In this document: positions 44,005 to 53,727 of the stretch, one piece after another
How positions within the stretch are numbered: the first letter of the stretch is position 1
Layout of the letters: each line of letters opens with the position of its first letter
Source: Phototrophicaceae bacterium
Lineage (GTDB): Bacteria; Chloroflexota; Anaerolineae; Aggregatilineales; Phototrophicaceae
Direction of reading: 5' to 3'
DNA: 64,000 bases
Assembly: GCA_965237765.1 (NCBI GenBank)
Contig: OZ250157.1
Span: 1,295,508-1,359,507, forward strand
Position numbers and translations under genes: made by a program
The notes under the pieces: model-generated
Told to the model about the DNA's origin: nothing
What the model saw: only the letters and a program-made list of their open reading frames with translations
Database searches by the model: none

Positions 44005-44245
44005 ATGGCGGGGGATCTGGGTTTTCGCGTGGTTGTCGTGGCGGACGCCACCGCCGCGCACGAGGCATACAGCTATGATGGCCGTCCGACCCAATGGGGT
44101 CGGCACTACTCGGCGCAGACGGTGCACGAGGTGGCGCTCTCTTACGGCTGCGAAGTGCCAGCACGCGCTGGCGAACCTGAACGGGGAATTCGCCACCATC
44201 CAGACGACCGAGCAGCTGATCGCGGCGGTGGGCGACTTCGGTTGA
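44005..44245 (+). pseudogene. Isochorismatase/cysteine-hydrolase family 3' fragment, frame broken by a 31-nt repeat insertion
   Basis: GDLGFRVVVVADATAAH...TVHEVAL | repeat | ANLNGEFATIQTTEQLIAAV. The two halves lie in different frames. Confidence 0.5.
44135..44166 (-). repeat. Dispersed repeat copy (T:A); the net insertion is 31 nt
   Basis: GCTCTCTTACGGCTGCGAAGTGCCAGCACGC, bracketed by GCGCT. Confidence 0.9.
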
Positions 44246-44319
44246 CAGCGCCCTTTCGGTGTGAATCGTATGGGTGTTTATTTCGGAGGGGAAGTCGTAG
44301 AGTCTATTTCCAAGCGCCT

Positions 44320-44955
44320 CTAATTCCGAGACTCGTATTCCTGCAAGTAATCGATCGCATTTTGTAAGTGATTCTCCCCATTCTTAAAACGCCCTAAACC
44401 GGTGTTACATGAATCGCAAATGATTCCTCTTGGTTGTCGACGCTCTTGATCATGATCCACCACTAAATTAGCGGTCACATTGGCAATCGTTATCTTTCGA
44501 CATACCGGACATTGCCAACAATCGCCCTTATCTGGTGCGCCAACGGATTCTTTGAATCTTACTTTAACTCTGGTGGAGAGAGGTGGCCCGCTTTCCAACT
44601 CATAACATTCTTTACAGCGTGGTCGTGTAATTGGACCGAGGCGGTTATTTTGGTTTAATGGAAATTCACTTAAGCTTTTTAGCCGATGGCAAGATAAACA
44701 TATCTTTGGATCTGTTCGCGGGCCACTGGTAGTAGGGTCAAAAGTCTCAATATCCTCATTGTTGACTAGATACTCCCTTTGTTTCCCTAGAATAAACACA
44801 ACACTGCGTTGCGAGCCAACTTTAACACGGTAACCGATTGACATCGCACCAAAATTTTCTGGCGGATTTATCCCAGGTCGACGATTATCATTTGGCCAAC
44901 CTAGTCCATTTCTGATGAGTACGCAGTCCTCACGCTGAAAGAGGCTCAATGTCAC
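44320..44955 (-). CDS. Putative restriction endonuclease with a His-Me finger (endonuclease VII / HNH-like) domain
   Basis: VVDHDQERRQPRGIICDSCNTGLGRFKNG matches the EndoVII-type DHDxxxGxxRGxLCxxCN motif. Low GC. 4-nt overlap with the upstream methyltransferase gene. Confidence 0.6.
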   Translation of the reverse strand: MTLSLFQREDCVLIRNGLGWPNDNRRPGINPPENFGAMSIGYRVKVGSQRSVVFILGKQREYLVNNEDIETFDPTTSGPRTDPKICLSCHRLKSLSEFPLNQNNRLGPITRPRCKECYELESGPPLSTRVKVRFKESVGAPDKGDCWQCPVCRKITIANVTANLVVDHDQERRQPRGIICDSCNTGLGRFKNGENHLQNAIDYLQEYESRN

Positions 44956-45830
44956 AGTAAAAATTTCCTCAACCGTTTCTCTGCTATGTCAATATACTCA
45001 CTCGCAATATCAATTCCGATGTATCGTCGTTTGTTCAGCATCGCCATTTTGCAAGTTGTGCCTGAGCCGCACATCGGATCCAGGACGATTTCCCCGGGGT
45101 TGCTCCAGGATAAGATATGATCCTCAGCCAACCGTTCTGGGAATACGGCCGGATGCTGGAAGGCGATCTTATCCCTTGTCGTCCCGCCAAGACCTACCGC
45201 ATAAGACCAGATATTGGTGAGAGTCTTCTCCCGTTTCAGCATGGCACGCCGTTTCTTATTGATACCATCCGGCAATTTGTTGTGTGTTAACATCTCTTCA
45301 CCGCTGCGCACTGTCGGCGCTTTCAGCGGGTTGAACGTCTTGGGCGGGCCACCCTTCGAAAGCACCACCATCAATTCGTAAGCATTGGTGTAGGCGTTTG
45401 AGCGCATAAATGGTGTGTTCTTCTTTTGGTATATCATCACATCATGGACTGTAAAACCAATTTCTTGAAAATGAATGGCTTGCCGGAAACTCGTTAGTGT
45501 GCGGCCACCATTGATTTTGTCTCCTACAACCCATACAACGACACCACCTTTTTTGGTGACACGGAATAGCTCAGCAGCAATACCTTCGAAGTCAAATTGA
45601 TAACCCTCATAATTTCGCAATGTGTCGTAGGGTGGTGACGTTACCGTCAAATCAATGCAATTATCCGACCAGCGTGACATAACATCCACACAATTGCCGT
45701 GATAAAGTGTATCGACTGAAAAAACCCTTTTACGCTTAATTTTCGCTGGGGATGAAATGACTGTACTTACCATAGTTGGCCACCCCAATATGATTGCTTG
45801 TATACTTGTTCTATAAATAATATACAACAA
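44952..45830 (-). CDS. DNA methyltransferase, beta-class, probably N4-cytosine (SPPY)
   Basis: Motif IV is LTVTSPPYDT and motif I is LDPMCGSGTTCKMAMLNKRRYIGIDI. Low GC. Confidence 0.85.
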   Translation of the reverse strand: MLYIIYRTSIQAIILGWPTMVSTVISSPAKIKRKRVFSVDTLYHGNCVDVMSRWSDNCIDLTVTSPPYDTLRNYEGYQFDFEGIAAELFRVTKKGGVVVWVVGDKINGGRTLTSFRQAIHFQEIGFTVHDVMIYQKKNTPFMRSNAYTNAYELMVVLSKGGPPKTFNPLKAPTVRSGEEMLTHNKLPDGINKKRRAMLKREKTLTNIWSYAVGLGGTTRDKIAFQHPAVFPERLAEDHILSWSNPGEIVLDPMCGSGTTCKMAMLNKRRYIGIDIASEYIDIAEKRLRKFLL

Positions 45831-45842
45831 TTACATAGTTTC

Positions 45843-47009
45843 TCAAAAAAACCGCTTCGCCAGCGCCAAGGCCCCCTGCTTCCACGGCTGGCGGTGGCCG
45901 ACACCGGCACCACCCTCGAATTCGGCGCGATTCGCCACGTACCAATCGTAATTGCGAATCAAGGCATCGCGGTTCGAATAACGCGGCGCGAAGCCCAGGC
46001 GCTCCTCGGCGCGGGCGATGCTGATGAAGGAATCCTTGGCCACGGTCTCATACACCCATTTGTAGAGCGGCGAAAGCCCCAGCTTCTCCAGCGCGCGCAG
46101 GGTCCAGATCGCCGGCATGACCGGCAGGGAGCGGACGCGCTTCCCGTGCCCCGCGTGGTCGAGCAGGGCCTGGAAATCCTCACGCACGGTGCCGAATTCG
46201 CGGGCGCCGATGTTGAAGGTCGCCTCGGCCCGTTCACGCGGCAAGGTCGCGCAGAGCCAGATGGCCACGCAAAGGTCTTCGACATCCAGATATTGGTAGC
46301 GGTTGCGCCCATTGCCGAGGATGGGGAAGCCATGGCCATCGGCGGCCCATTCGTAGAGCAGGGCGAAGACGCCGAGGCGCTCTTTGCCGATGAAGGTCTT
46401 GGGGCGGAGGATGGGCACGACGAAGCCTTCGTCCCGCGCAGCGCGCGCCAGCTTTTCCGCCTCGATCTTCGCTTCGCCATAAGGGCCGACGCCGACGAGT
46501 GGGTCGCCTTCGTGCAGCGGGTGGTGGTCGGGGATGCCATAGACGGCCGTGCTGGAAATGTGCACGATGCGTTGGCAGCCGGCGCGGCGTGCTTCTTCCA
46601 GGACGCGGCGCGTGCCTTCGATTTCGGTGGAGAAGATGTCGGCGCGCGAGTACAGGGGCAGGGCGGCGGCGCAGTGGACGACGATATCGACCCCCGCCAG
46701 CGCGGCGCGCAGATCCTCCCGCCGCCGGATGTCGCCCGTGAAGATGGTGACACGTTCCCGTTCTGGATAATCGAAGGGCGCGATGTCTAACGAGGCGACG
46801 TGTTGCCCGCGCGCGAGTAGGTAACGGGCCAGGTTGATGCCCAGGAAACCGGCGCCGCCAGTGATGAGGAAGCGCGTGCGGGCACTTCGCCGCCGTAAGA
46901 AGCGCGTGCGGGCACTTCGCCGCCGTAAGAAGCGCGTGCGGGCACTTCGCCGCCGTAAGAAGCGCCGCGCTGTTTCCGCCGCATCGGCCGGCTCTCCGTT
47001 AACTGGCAT
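45843..47009 (-). CDS. NAD-dependent epimerase/dehydratase with three repeat units in its N-terminus
   Basis: [17 protein letters not shown] Rossmann motif, preceded by [10 protein letters not shown] x3. No in-frame start lies between the repeats and the Rossmann motif. Confidence 0.85.
   Translation of the reverse strand: MPVNGEPADAAETARRFLRRRSARTRFLRRRSARTRFLRRRSARTRFLITGGAGFLGINLARYLLARGQHVASLDIAPFDYPERERVTIFTGDIRRREDLRAALAGVDIVVHCAAALPLYSRADIFSTEIEGTRRVLEEARRAGCQRIVHISSTAVYGIPDHHPLHEGDPLVGVGPYGEAKIEAEKLARAARDEGFVVPILRPKTFIGKERLGVFALLYEWAADGHGFPILGNGRNRYQYLDVEDLCVAIWLCATLPRERAEATFNIGAREFGTVREDFQALLDHAGHGKRVRSLPVMPAIWTLRALEKLGLSPLYKWVYETVAKDSFISIARAEERLGFAPRYSNRDALIRNYDWYVANRAEFEGGAGVGHRQPWKQGALALAKRFF
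46874..46963 (+). repeat. Dispersed 30-nt repeat, 3 perfect tandem units (G:C variant)
   Basis: GCGTGCGGGCACTTCGCCGCCGTAAGAAGC x3. Confidence 0.95.
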
Positions 47010-48240
47010 AGTTCGGCCCGAAGAGCTGGCTCATCAGTTGCCACATCAACAATTGATCCGGCACGAGCACGTGCTGGCCATCTTCGGGGCGGACCCAGTC
47101 AGTTACGTAAGGCGCTCGGAGCACGGCGGTCTCGATATTCTCCGCGGAAAAATCCTTGAGGTACCAGGCGAGAGAAACCATATCATCCAGATCCAGGTTG
47201 GTATACAGGGAATCGCGCAGGTTGGCGAGCAGGCTGGGGATGCGGGCCAGCAAGACAGGCAACAGGCGCAAGCGCTGGATGCGCTCACGCAGGGCGAAGA
47301 GCACCTGTTGTTGGCGGGCGGAGCGTTGCATATCGCTGCCGCCATGGCGCGTGCGCGCGAATTTCAGCGCGTCTTCGCCATCCAGATGATGGGCGCCGGC
47401 CGAGAGGTAAAAGGGGTCGTAGCCGCGGTAAAGGTCCGGGTAGGCGGGGTCGTCGATGGCTTCTTCGAGGATGACGTCGATGCCGCCCACGGCATCCACC
47501 AGGGCGATGAAAGCCGAGAAATCCAGCAGAGCGTAAGCGTGCACGCGGATGCCCAGGTTGGCCTGCACGGTCTGGAGCAGCAAAGTGGGCCCATAGCCCC
47601 GCCACTGGGTCTCGCCGAAGAAAAGGGCCGCGTTGAGGCGTTGCTCTTCGTAGTTGGGGATGTGGACGTACAAATCACGCGGGAGGCTGAGGATGCCGAT
47701 GCGCTCGCTTTCGGGGTCGATGCTGATGAGCATCATGGAATCGGTGCGGAAAGCGAGGCCGCCCTCGTCGGGCCGGCGGTCGATACCAGCGACGAGCAGG
47801 GTGAAGCGCGAGCGGCCATCCCAGGCTTGCAGGGCGATTTCGCGGCCATCGTCCAGGGTGAGGAGGGGCGGCGGCGCTGCTGCGTCGAACGTGGCGGAGC
47901 TATCGCCGCCGGTGGGTAAGACGCGCACACCGAGGACGGGCGTGGGCATGGCAGCGGCGACCTGGATGGCCGGCGCGGCGGCCGGCGTGATGTCTGAGGG
48001 CGCGCGTTCCAACCGCGTGACGAATAGGGCGAGGGCGCCGAGGGCCAGGATGGCGAGGATGAGCGCCGCGCCCGCCACAGCGAGTAGCAGGGCGGCATGC
48101 CAGAGGCGGAAGCGCGTGCGGGCACTTCGCCGCCGGCGGCGGACGAGCTTTCGGGCGGCTGGCTGCACGCTATACTCGGCGGCGCGTGCGGGCACTTTGC
48201 CGCCGTAAGAAGCGCGCGCCGATGAGGCGGGAGGTGTCAT
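46999..48240 (-). CDS. LCP (LytR-CpsA-Psr) family protein
   Basis: [30 protein letters not shown]...[13 protein letters not shown]-terminal TM segment. The cytoplasmic tail contains repeat-derived codons. Confidence 0.85.
   Translation of the reverse strand: MTPPASSARASYGGKVPARAAEYSVQPAARKLVRRRRRSARTRFRLWHAALLLAVAGAALILAILALGALALFVTRLERAPSDITPAAAPAIQVAAAMPTPVLGVRVLPTGGDSSATFDAAAPPPLLTLDDGREIALQAWDGRSRFTLLVAGIDRRPDEGGLAFRTDSMMLISIDPESERIGILSLPRDLYVHIPNYEEQRLNAALFFGETQWRGYGPTLLLQTVQANLGIRVHAYALLDFSAFIALVDAVGGIDVILEEAIDDPAYPDLYRGYDPFYLSAGAHHLDGEDALKFARTRHGGSDMQRSARQQQVLFALRERIQRLRLLPVLLARIPSLLANLRDSLYTNLDLDDMVSLAWYLKDFSAENIETAVLRAPYVTDWVRPEDGQHVLVPDQLLMWQLMSQLFGPNYAS
48114..48213 (+). repeat. 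Two dispersed-repeat copies (G:C): a truncated one at 48114-48134 and a full one at 48184-48213
   Basis: GCGTGCGGGCACTTCGCCGCC and GCGTGCGGGCACTTTGCCGCCGTAAGAAGC. Confidence 0.9.
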
Positions 48241-48362
48241 CGGTTGGCGGGAACCCTCTTAGCGTGACAGACGGATAGTGAATCTCCAGTATAGGGAGGC
48301 GGCGGGAACGCGCTAGCAGAGCCGCGCTAGGGGTTAGGGACATTGAGGGTGAAAGGCTAAAG

Positions 48363-49193
48363 ATGGCGTCACCAGATGCGCCGCGCTGGCATTTGATCCT
48401 GGATGGCGCGCATGGCGGCGCGGCGAATATGGCGCGCGATGAAGCGTTGCGGGAAGCCTGCTGGCAAGCGGGCGGCGCGCCCATCCTGCGCCTGTATGGC
48501 TGGCGGCCGCCCTGCCTTTCGTTGGGTTATGGGCAACGGGCGCGCGTGGTAGATGAGGAACGTTGCCGGGCGCGCGGCTGGCAGGTCGTGCGGCGGCCCA
48601 GCGGCGGCGGCGCCTTGCTGCATGCGGCCGAGCTGACCTATTGCCTCGTGTTGCCGCCGCAGCATCCGCTCCAGCGGGGCGATATCGTCTCCAGTTATGC
48701 GCGCTTGCGGCAGGGGTTGGTAGCTGGGCTTGTGCGCCTCGGCGTCGTGGCGGATGCGGGAGGCGAAGGCGCCGTGGGCGCGCGTCCCAACGAGGCGATT
48801 TGCTACCTACAGCCGGCCGCGCACGAGATCTGTGTGGGTGGGCGCAAGCTGATCGGCAGCGCGCAACTGCGGCGACGCGGTGTCCTCTTGCAGCACGGTA
48901 GCCTACCGCTCGGGGCGGATATCATGGCCATCGCCGACGCGCTGGTGTATGAGAACGAAGCGGCGCGCGCGGCAGCGAAGGGGGAATTGCGGCGCGGCGC
49001 CTGTTCGTTGGCGGAGGTTTTGGGCGGATCGGCGCCGGGTTGGGCGGAAGCGGCGGCGGCAATGGCGGCGGGTTTTACGGACGCTTTCGGGATTCGTTGG
49101 GAGGAGCGGGGGTTGAGCGGCGAGGAGGAAGCGCGCGCGCGGGAGCTCGCGGCGGCCCGCTATGGCGATGCGGCCTGGACGGCGCGGCGGTGA
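48363..49193 (+). CDS. Biotin/lipoate A/B protein ligase family protein (LplA/LipM-like)
   Basis: LRLYGWRPPCLSLGYGQ, VVRRPSGGGALLH and KLIGSAQLRRRGVLLQHGSL. Confidence 0.7.
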   Translation: MASPDAPRWHLILDGAHGGAANMARDEALREACWQAGGAPILRLYGWRPPCLSLGYGQRARVVDEERCRARGWQVVRRPSGGGALLHAAELTYCLVLPPQHPLQRGDIVSSYARLRQGLVAGLVRLGVVADAGGEGAVGARPNEAICYLQPAAHEICVGGRKLIGSAQLRRRGVLLQHGSLPLGADIMAIADALVYENEAARAAAKGELRRGACSLAEVLGGSAPGWAEAAAAMAAGFTDAFGIRWEERGLSGEEEARARELAAARYGDAAWTARR

Positions 49194-49221
49194 AGTAGTG
49201 TTCTGCCCTACCTAACCGCTT

Positions 49222-49968
49222 TTATTGGAAAGCCGCCGCTTCGATGATCGCGCTCAGTTGCGCGAAGTTGGGCGCGCCTTGTGCTTGCGTGATCTGGCCA
49301 TCGCGATAGCGGAAGGCCACTGAGGGCGTCCCGCGGACGCCGATGCTCGCCCCCAATTGCGTATCCACCGAGACTTGCCGCACCGACTGCGTGCAGTCGA
49401 GCAGTTCGTTATATGCCAGTCCCGTCTCTTCCGCGAGCAGGCGACCGGTGTCGTCGGAATAGAGACGGCCGCTGCTGCCGCGCGCGAAGAGGAACTCATG
49501 CGCCACCCAGAAGCGCTCGTCGGCCAATTCGCCCACGCAGGCGGCCAGCTTGGAGTGGTAGCCGCCGGTGCGCTGGTCGGTGGTGGGGAAGAAGCGATAT
49601 TCAAAGCGGGCGCGACCGGTCGCCACGTAGATTTCGATCACCCGGGCGATTTCGCTCTCGTAAGCCTGGCAATGGGAGCAGGCGAAATCTTCGAAGGCGA
49701 CGACGGTGATGGGCGCGCTCGGAAAGCCGAGCACGAAACCGCCATCGGGCAATCGCTGATGCGGGATGACTCCTTCGCTCGGCGCGCTGACCAGCTCGCT
49801 TTCCGATAGTTCGCTGAGCGAGCGGATCGAATAATCGCCGACGATAGCGGGCGGGCCGCCCTGGTTGGATATCACGACGATGATCACGGCGATGATGGCC
49901 AGAATCCCCGCGCCCGCCAACCAGAGCATGATCGGGTTCTTCTGCATTTGTTTGCGCAGGTCTTTCAT
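49222..49968 (-). CDS. DsbA-family thioredoxin-fold protein, membrane anchored
   Basis: N-terminal TM segment, the CSHC redox motif (FEDFACSHCQAY) and GTPSVAF. Confidence 0.7.
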   Translation of the reverse strand: MKDLRKQMQKNPIMLWLAGAGILAIIAVIIVVISNQGGPPAIVGDYSIRSLSELSESELVSAPSEGVIPHQRLPDGGFVLGFPSAPITVVAFEDFACSHCQAYESEIARVIEIYVATGRARFEYRFFPTTDQRTGGYHSKLAACVGELADERFWVAHEFLFARGSSGRLYSDDTGRLLAEETGLAYNELLDCTQSVRQVSVDTQLGASIGVRGTPSVAFRYRDGQITQAQGAPNFAQLSAIIEAAAFQ

Positions 49969-50275
49969 GGGCGGGCGCCTCCTATCGGCGAGGTAGCGCT
50001 TTCTGAGCGATTCCTTCGGGGTAACCTGCCCGCATTCTAATCTTGGCTGGCCGGCGCTGCAAGATACCCCTGAGGCGGCCCCACAGCCACCGATGATGAT
50101 TCCTATTTCACCGCAAAATCACTAAGGAGATGGAGAATTGCGACGGAATCGCCGATGGAATCGCACTAATTTCCGCATCCCGCGGGTATACCTGCCCCAT
50201 TTCCGCAACAGAGTTGCTAGGCGCGCGGAATTGCGTCATCTTTATGTCAGATACATACCTAAGAGAGGTCTATCC

Positions 50276-51145
50276 GTGAAAACCAAGTTATTGGCAGCCA
50301 TGATAGTAGTGTTTATGCTGCACAGTGTGGCATCGGCGCAGGAGGATTATTACATACGCACCGATTCGCGAATCAATTTGAGGGCTACCTATAGCATCGA
50401 AGGGGAAAAAGTGGAGACAGTCCCCGAAGGCACCACCCTGCAAGTCGTTGGCAGGTTTAACCGATGGCTGAAGATCGACCGAAACGGGGACGTATTGTGG
50501 ATGGCAGATTGGGTAAATTACACCCGCGTGGACAACGGCGGCAGCCAAGAACAAACTCGATCACTAGATCAATTTGATCCAGAATCACATCAAGTGGTGG
50601 ATAATTGTTGTCAAGTGGATCGGCAATGCAATACCGAACAGGATTGGACCAGCGGATATTGGGCTTTTCAGAACAATCATTGCAGTGCGCCTGTACAATC
50701 CACCGTGAGCGGGGTGTTAATAGAAGGCACAGAAATCTTTGTGAACTAGGTGAATAGAGCGCTCGATCTGCTGAAAAACCGAGCTCCGGAGTGGTATGCA
50801 TACGCGACCAGTGGGCTGTCTAGGATCAGAGAGGTGACAGAGTCGAACGGTGCCGGTGTTTGGGTGCAATTTAGAAGATTTGATATAACCCCAGGACATG
50901 CTTTTAGCGGGGGAACAACCGGCGAATCTTCCCTAATTTGGCTGACCGGCGTAATTGTTCATGATGCCTGCCATGTGCACCTATATGAGGCCGGGGCGAC
51001 ACATGGTGGTTTAGAAGGAGAGCGAGCCTGCCTACAAGCAAACATTGAAGCGCTGGAAGCAATTGATCCTAATGATCGGTTCACTTCTTCGCTTCGAAAC
51101 CTACTTGCAAATATCGAAAATCCGGAATATCAGTGGTGGCATTAG
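50276..51145 (+). pseudogene. Secreted SH3-like + Cys-rich linker + HExxH-like domain protein, interrupted by in-frame TAG at 50747-50749 (paralog of 51209-52090)
   Basis: Same architecture as the downstream paralog. The TAG aligns with CAG (Gln) in the paralog, and the motif here is HDACH rather than HEACH. GTG start 50276 follows AGAGAGG. Confidence 0.6.
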
Positions 51146-51208
51146 TATCCGCGCCTGCGAACCAAGCGGGTGAGCCAAGCTGTACTATCAAATAAAAGGG
51201 GTCTATCC

Positions 51209-52090
51209 GTGAAAACCAAGTTATTGGCAGCCATGATAGTAGTGTTTATGCTGCACAGTGTGGCATCGGCGCAGGAGGATTATTACATACGCACCGATTC
51301 GCGAATCAATCTGAGGGCTACCTATAGCCTCGAAGGGGAAAAGGTTGAGACGGTACCAGAAGGCACAACCCTGCATGTCGTTGGCCGGTTTAATCGCTGG
51401 CTGAAGATCGACCGAAATGGGGACGTATTGTGGTTGGCGGATTGGGTAAATTACACCCGCGTGGGCAACGGCGGCGGCCAAGAATCATCTCAGACACAAG
51501 AAGAATCTCAGTCAGAATCACCTCAAATTGTTGATAATTGTTGTTTCGTAGATCGGCAATGCCATACCGAACATGAATGGACAAGTGGGTATTGGGCTTT
51601 TCAGAATAATCATTGTAGCGCGCCGGCACGATCCACTGAGAGCGGGATAGTCATAGAGGGTTCAGAAACCTTTGCGATCCAGGTGGAAAGAGCGCTCGAC
51701 ATACTGAAGAACAGAGCTCCGATGTGGTATGCATACGTGATCGGTGGATTGGCTAAGATCAGAGAGGTGCCGTTATCGCAAGGTACGGGCGTAAATCCGG
51801 ATAGAAGGATATTTAGTTTGGGACCAAACCACGCTTTTTTGCCTGGATTTTCCAGCGAATCGGGCATCATCTGGCTGGCCGGTGTACTGGTTCATGAAGC
51901 CTGCCATGTACACCGGTATCGAGCCGGGTTTGTTGGCCGAACAGAATTCGAAGGGTTTAGAGAAGAGGTCGTGTGTCAGCAAATACAAATTGATGCGTTG
52001 GAAGTATTCGATCCTCAAAGACGATTCAACCAATATCTTCGAGGACTGATCGATGATTTCTTCAGTCGGGGATACACGTTATCCAATTAA
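51209..52090 (+). CDS. Secreted SH3-like + Cys-rich linker + putative HExxH metallopeptidase-like domain protein
   Basis: Signal peptide KTKLLAAMIVVFMLHSVASA, SH3b-like YYIRTDSRINLRATYS...WLKIDRNGDVLWLADWV, CCFVDRQCHTEHEWTSGYWAFQNNHC, and LVHEACHVH. Confidence 0.65.
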   Translation: MKTKLLAAMIVVFMLHSVASAQEDYYIRTDSRINLRATYSLEGEKVETVPEGTTLHVVGRFNRWLKIDRNGDVLWLADWVNYTRVGNGGGQESSQTQEESQSESPQIVDNCCFVDRQCHTEHEWTSGYWAFQNNHCSAPARSTESGIVIEGSETFAIQVERALDILKNRAPMWYAYVIGGLAKIREVPLSQGTGVNPDRRIFSLGPNHAFLPGFSSESGIIWLAGVLVHEACHVHRYRAGFVGRTEFEGFREEVVCQQIQIDALEVFDPQRRFNQYLRGLIDDFFSRGYTLSN

Positions 52091-52156
52091 CTCCTTAACG
52101 CCGTCGCGCTCGGGGCCAGCGGGTAGCGCCCAGGGCTCGGTTAGGCTGGCTCCCCC

Positions 52157-52186
52157 GCTTCTTACGGCTGCGGAGTGCCAGCATGC
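52157..52186 (-). repeat. Dispersed 30-nt repeat, single copy (T:A), just upstream of the Nfu_N-like gene
   Basis: GCTTCTTACGGCTGCGGAGTGCCAGCATGC. Confidence 0.9.
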
Positions 52187-52206
52187 GCTTTGCTACAATG
52201 CCGGCC

Positions 52207-52488
52207 ATGTCTGAATACGTCAGCTTCGAGTTCGAGATGAGTGCGGATCCGCTCGTCGCCGAAGTCTTCATCAACCAACCGCTCACCGCGGGCGCGACGG
52301 AGCGCTATGCCGATTATGCCGCCGGCGACGAAGGCTCCCCGCTCGCGCAGTTGCTCTTCAACGCCGTCGCGGGAATCGCCGCGCTGACCATCACGCCGGA
52401 CACGCTGCGAATCGAGCGCGAACCGACGGTGGAATGGGAAGCGCTGTTGGATGATTTGCGGGCCGCCCTGCGCGATTTTTTCTTGTAA
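52207..52488 (+). CDS. NifU/Nfu N-terminal-domain-like protein
   Basis: About 93 aa. The pattern DPLVAEVF...SPLAQLLFNAVAGIAALTITPDTLRIER....WEALLDDL resembles the Nfu_N domain (tentative). Confidence 0.55.
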   Translation: MSEYVSFEFEMSADPLVAEVFINQPLTAGATERYADYAAGDEGSPLAQLLFNAVAGIAALTITPDTLRIEREPTVEWEALLDDLRAALRDFFL

Positions 52489-52521
52489 CTGGCACAGCCG
52501 CTAGGCTGCAGCCAGCCGGTA

Positions 52522-53601
52522 TCAGAGCGAGAAGAGAGAATCTTCCCAATCGATGGGCGCGATCGTGTCCTCGCGTTCGGGTTGGCCGCCGCGCGTTTGC
52601 CAGGGCATGGCGCCCTCGCGGCTCCAATCGATGCGGCGGGCGTAGGCGCGGCCGGCATCTTCCAACAGATCCAGCGCGGCCGGCTTGGTGCTATCCAGGC
52701 CAATGAGGGCGGGCTCCGGCCGACCAGCGACGGTGACGCCCAGGTTGCGCGACAGGCTTTCGCGCGTGAAAAGCGGGTTGTAATAGCGGAAATCCAACCG
52801 TTGCCCATAGAGACGGCGCGTCGTGCTGACTTGTTGCTGGTTTGCTTGCGAGAAGCCGATTTGGAAGGCGTAAAAGGCCCAATCGAGCAGGTGGAAGCGG
52901 CGCGCGGCGCCATCGGCATAGAGTTCTGGCGTGTAACCGCTGCCCAACGTGATCAGGATGACCTGGCCATCTTGAAAGCCCTCGGCGGCGCCCAGGTATT
53001 CCATCGCTTCGATGGCCGCGGATAGGCAGGGGTTGAAATGCACGCCGACACCGCCATCGATGAGGTTGCCGCGCACCGGCGGGAAGAAGACGGGTGCCGC
53101 CGCGCTGGCCGCCACCGCCCCCGCTAAGGGCCAATTGGCGAAGCGCGCCCGCCCCGGCCCGCGCGAAACGATGTAATAGGTGTTGCCGGTGCGCGTGTCT
53201 GTCGTCGTCAGCAGCAAGATCGGCGCTTCGATATCGCCGACGCGTAGGTTGGCCACATAGGGCGAGAGGATGCGCGCGAATGGTTCCAGCGAATACATGT
53301 GGCGCGTGCCGCGCAGCAGGAAGCGCAACCAGAAACCCAGCCCGCGCCGCCCGAAGGCCCGCGGCAACGCCTCGCGGTAGATTTCGTTCAGGATGCGCTC
53401 GGCGCTCATGCCGACGGCGAAACCGGCGGCCATCAGCGCGCCCGTGCTCGTGCCGGCGATCATATCCACCTGTTCGTAGATGGGCCGGCCGCTGTAGCGC
53501 TCGAGCTCGGCCAGCATCGCCAGGCTGATCAGGCCGCGCATGCCGCCGCCGGAGAGCGAGAGGATGACCTTTTTTCCCTGGGGGTTGAAGACGCCGGGCA
53601 C
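52522..53601 (-). CDS. Patatin-like phospholipase
   Basis: LSGGGMRG oxyanion motif, GTSTG nucleophile elbow, and the DGG motif (LIDGGVG). Confidence 0.85.
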   Translation of the reverse strand: MPGVFNPQGKKVILSLSGGGMRGLISLAMLAELERYSGRPIYEQVDMIAGTSTGALMAAGFAVGMSAERILNEIYREALPRAFGRRGLGFWLRFLLRGTRHMYSLEPFARILSPYVANLRVGDIEAPILLLTTTDTRTGNTYYIVSRGPGRARFANWPLAGAVAASAAAPVFFPPVRGNLIDGGVGVHFNPCLSAAIEAMEYLGAAEGFQDGQVILITLGSGYTPELYADGAARRFHLLDWAFYAFQIGFSQANQQQVSTTRRLYGQRLDFRYYNPLFTRESLSRNLGVTVAGRPEPALIGLDSTKPAALDLLEDAGRAYARRIDWSREGAMPWQTRGGQPEREDTIAPIDWEDSLFSL

Positions 53602-53727
53602 CGCAGCTCCTTGTCAGACGGTTTGGGCGCGCGGCGCAGGCGAGCGACCGACGTTCCCCTGAGCGTCAGTATGGGCGCGGTATGGAGGGGCGCAAATTGC
53701 GCGCGCAATTTGTGGCGGGGCTGGTGT

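Noticed and set aside
46874-46963. The 10-bp palindrome GTGCCGGCAC as the functional core of the repeat (dimeric protein site or restriction site).
   Set aside because: The central base varies (CCGG, CTGG, CGGG), so two of the three variants are not palindromic. The variation is instead compensated at a distant position, which favours the position 7/18 hairpin interpretation.
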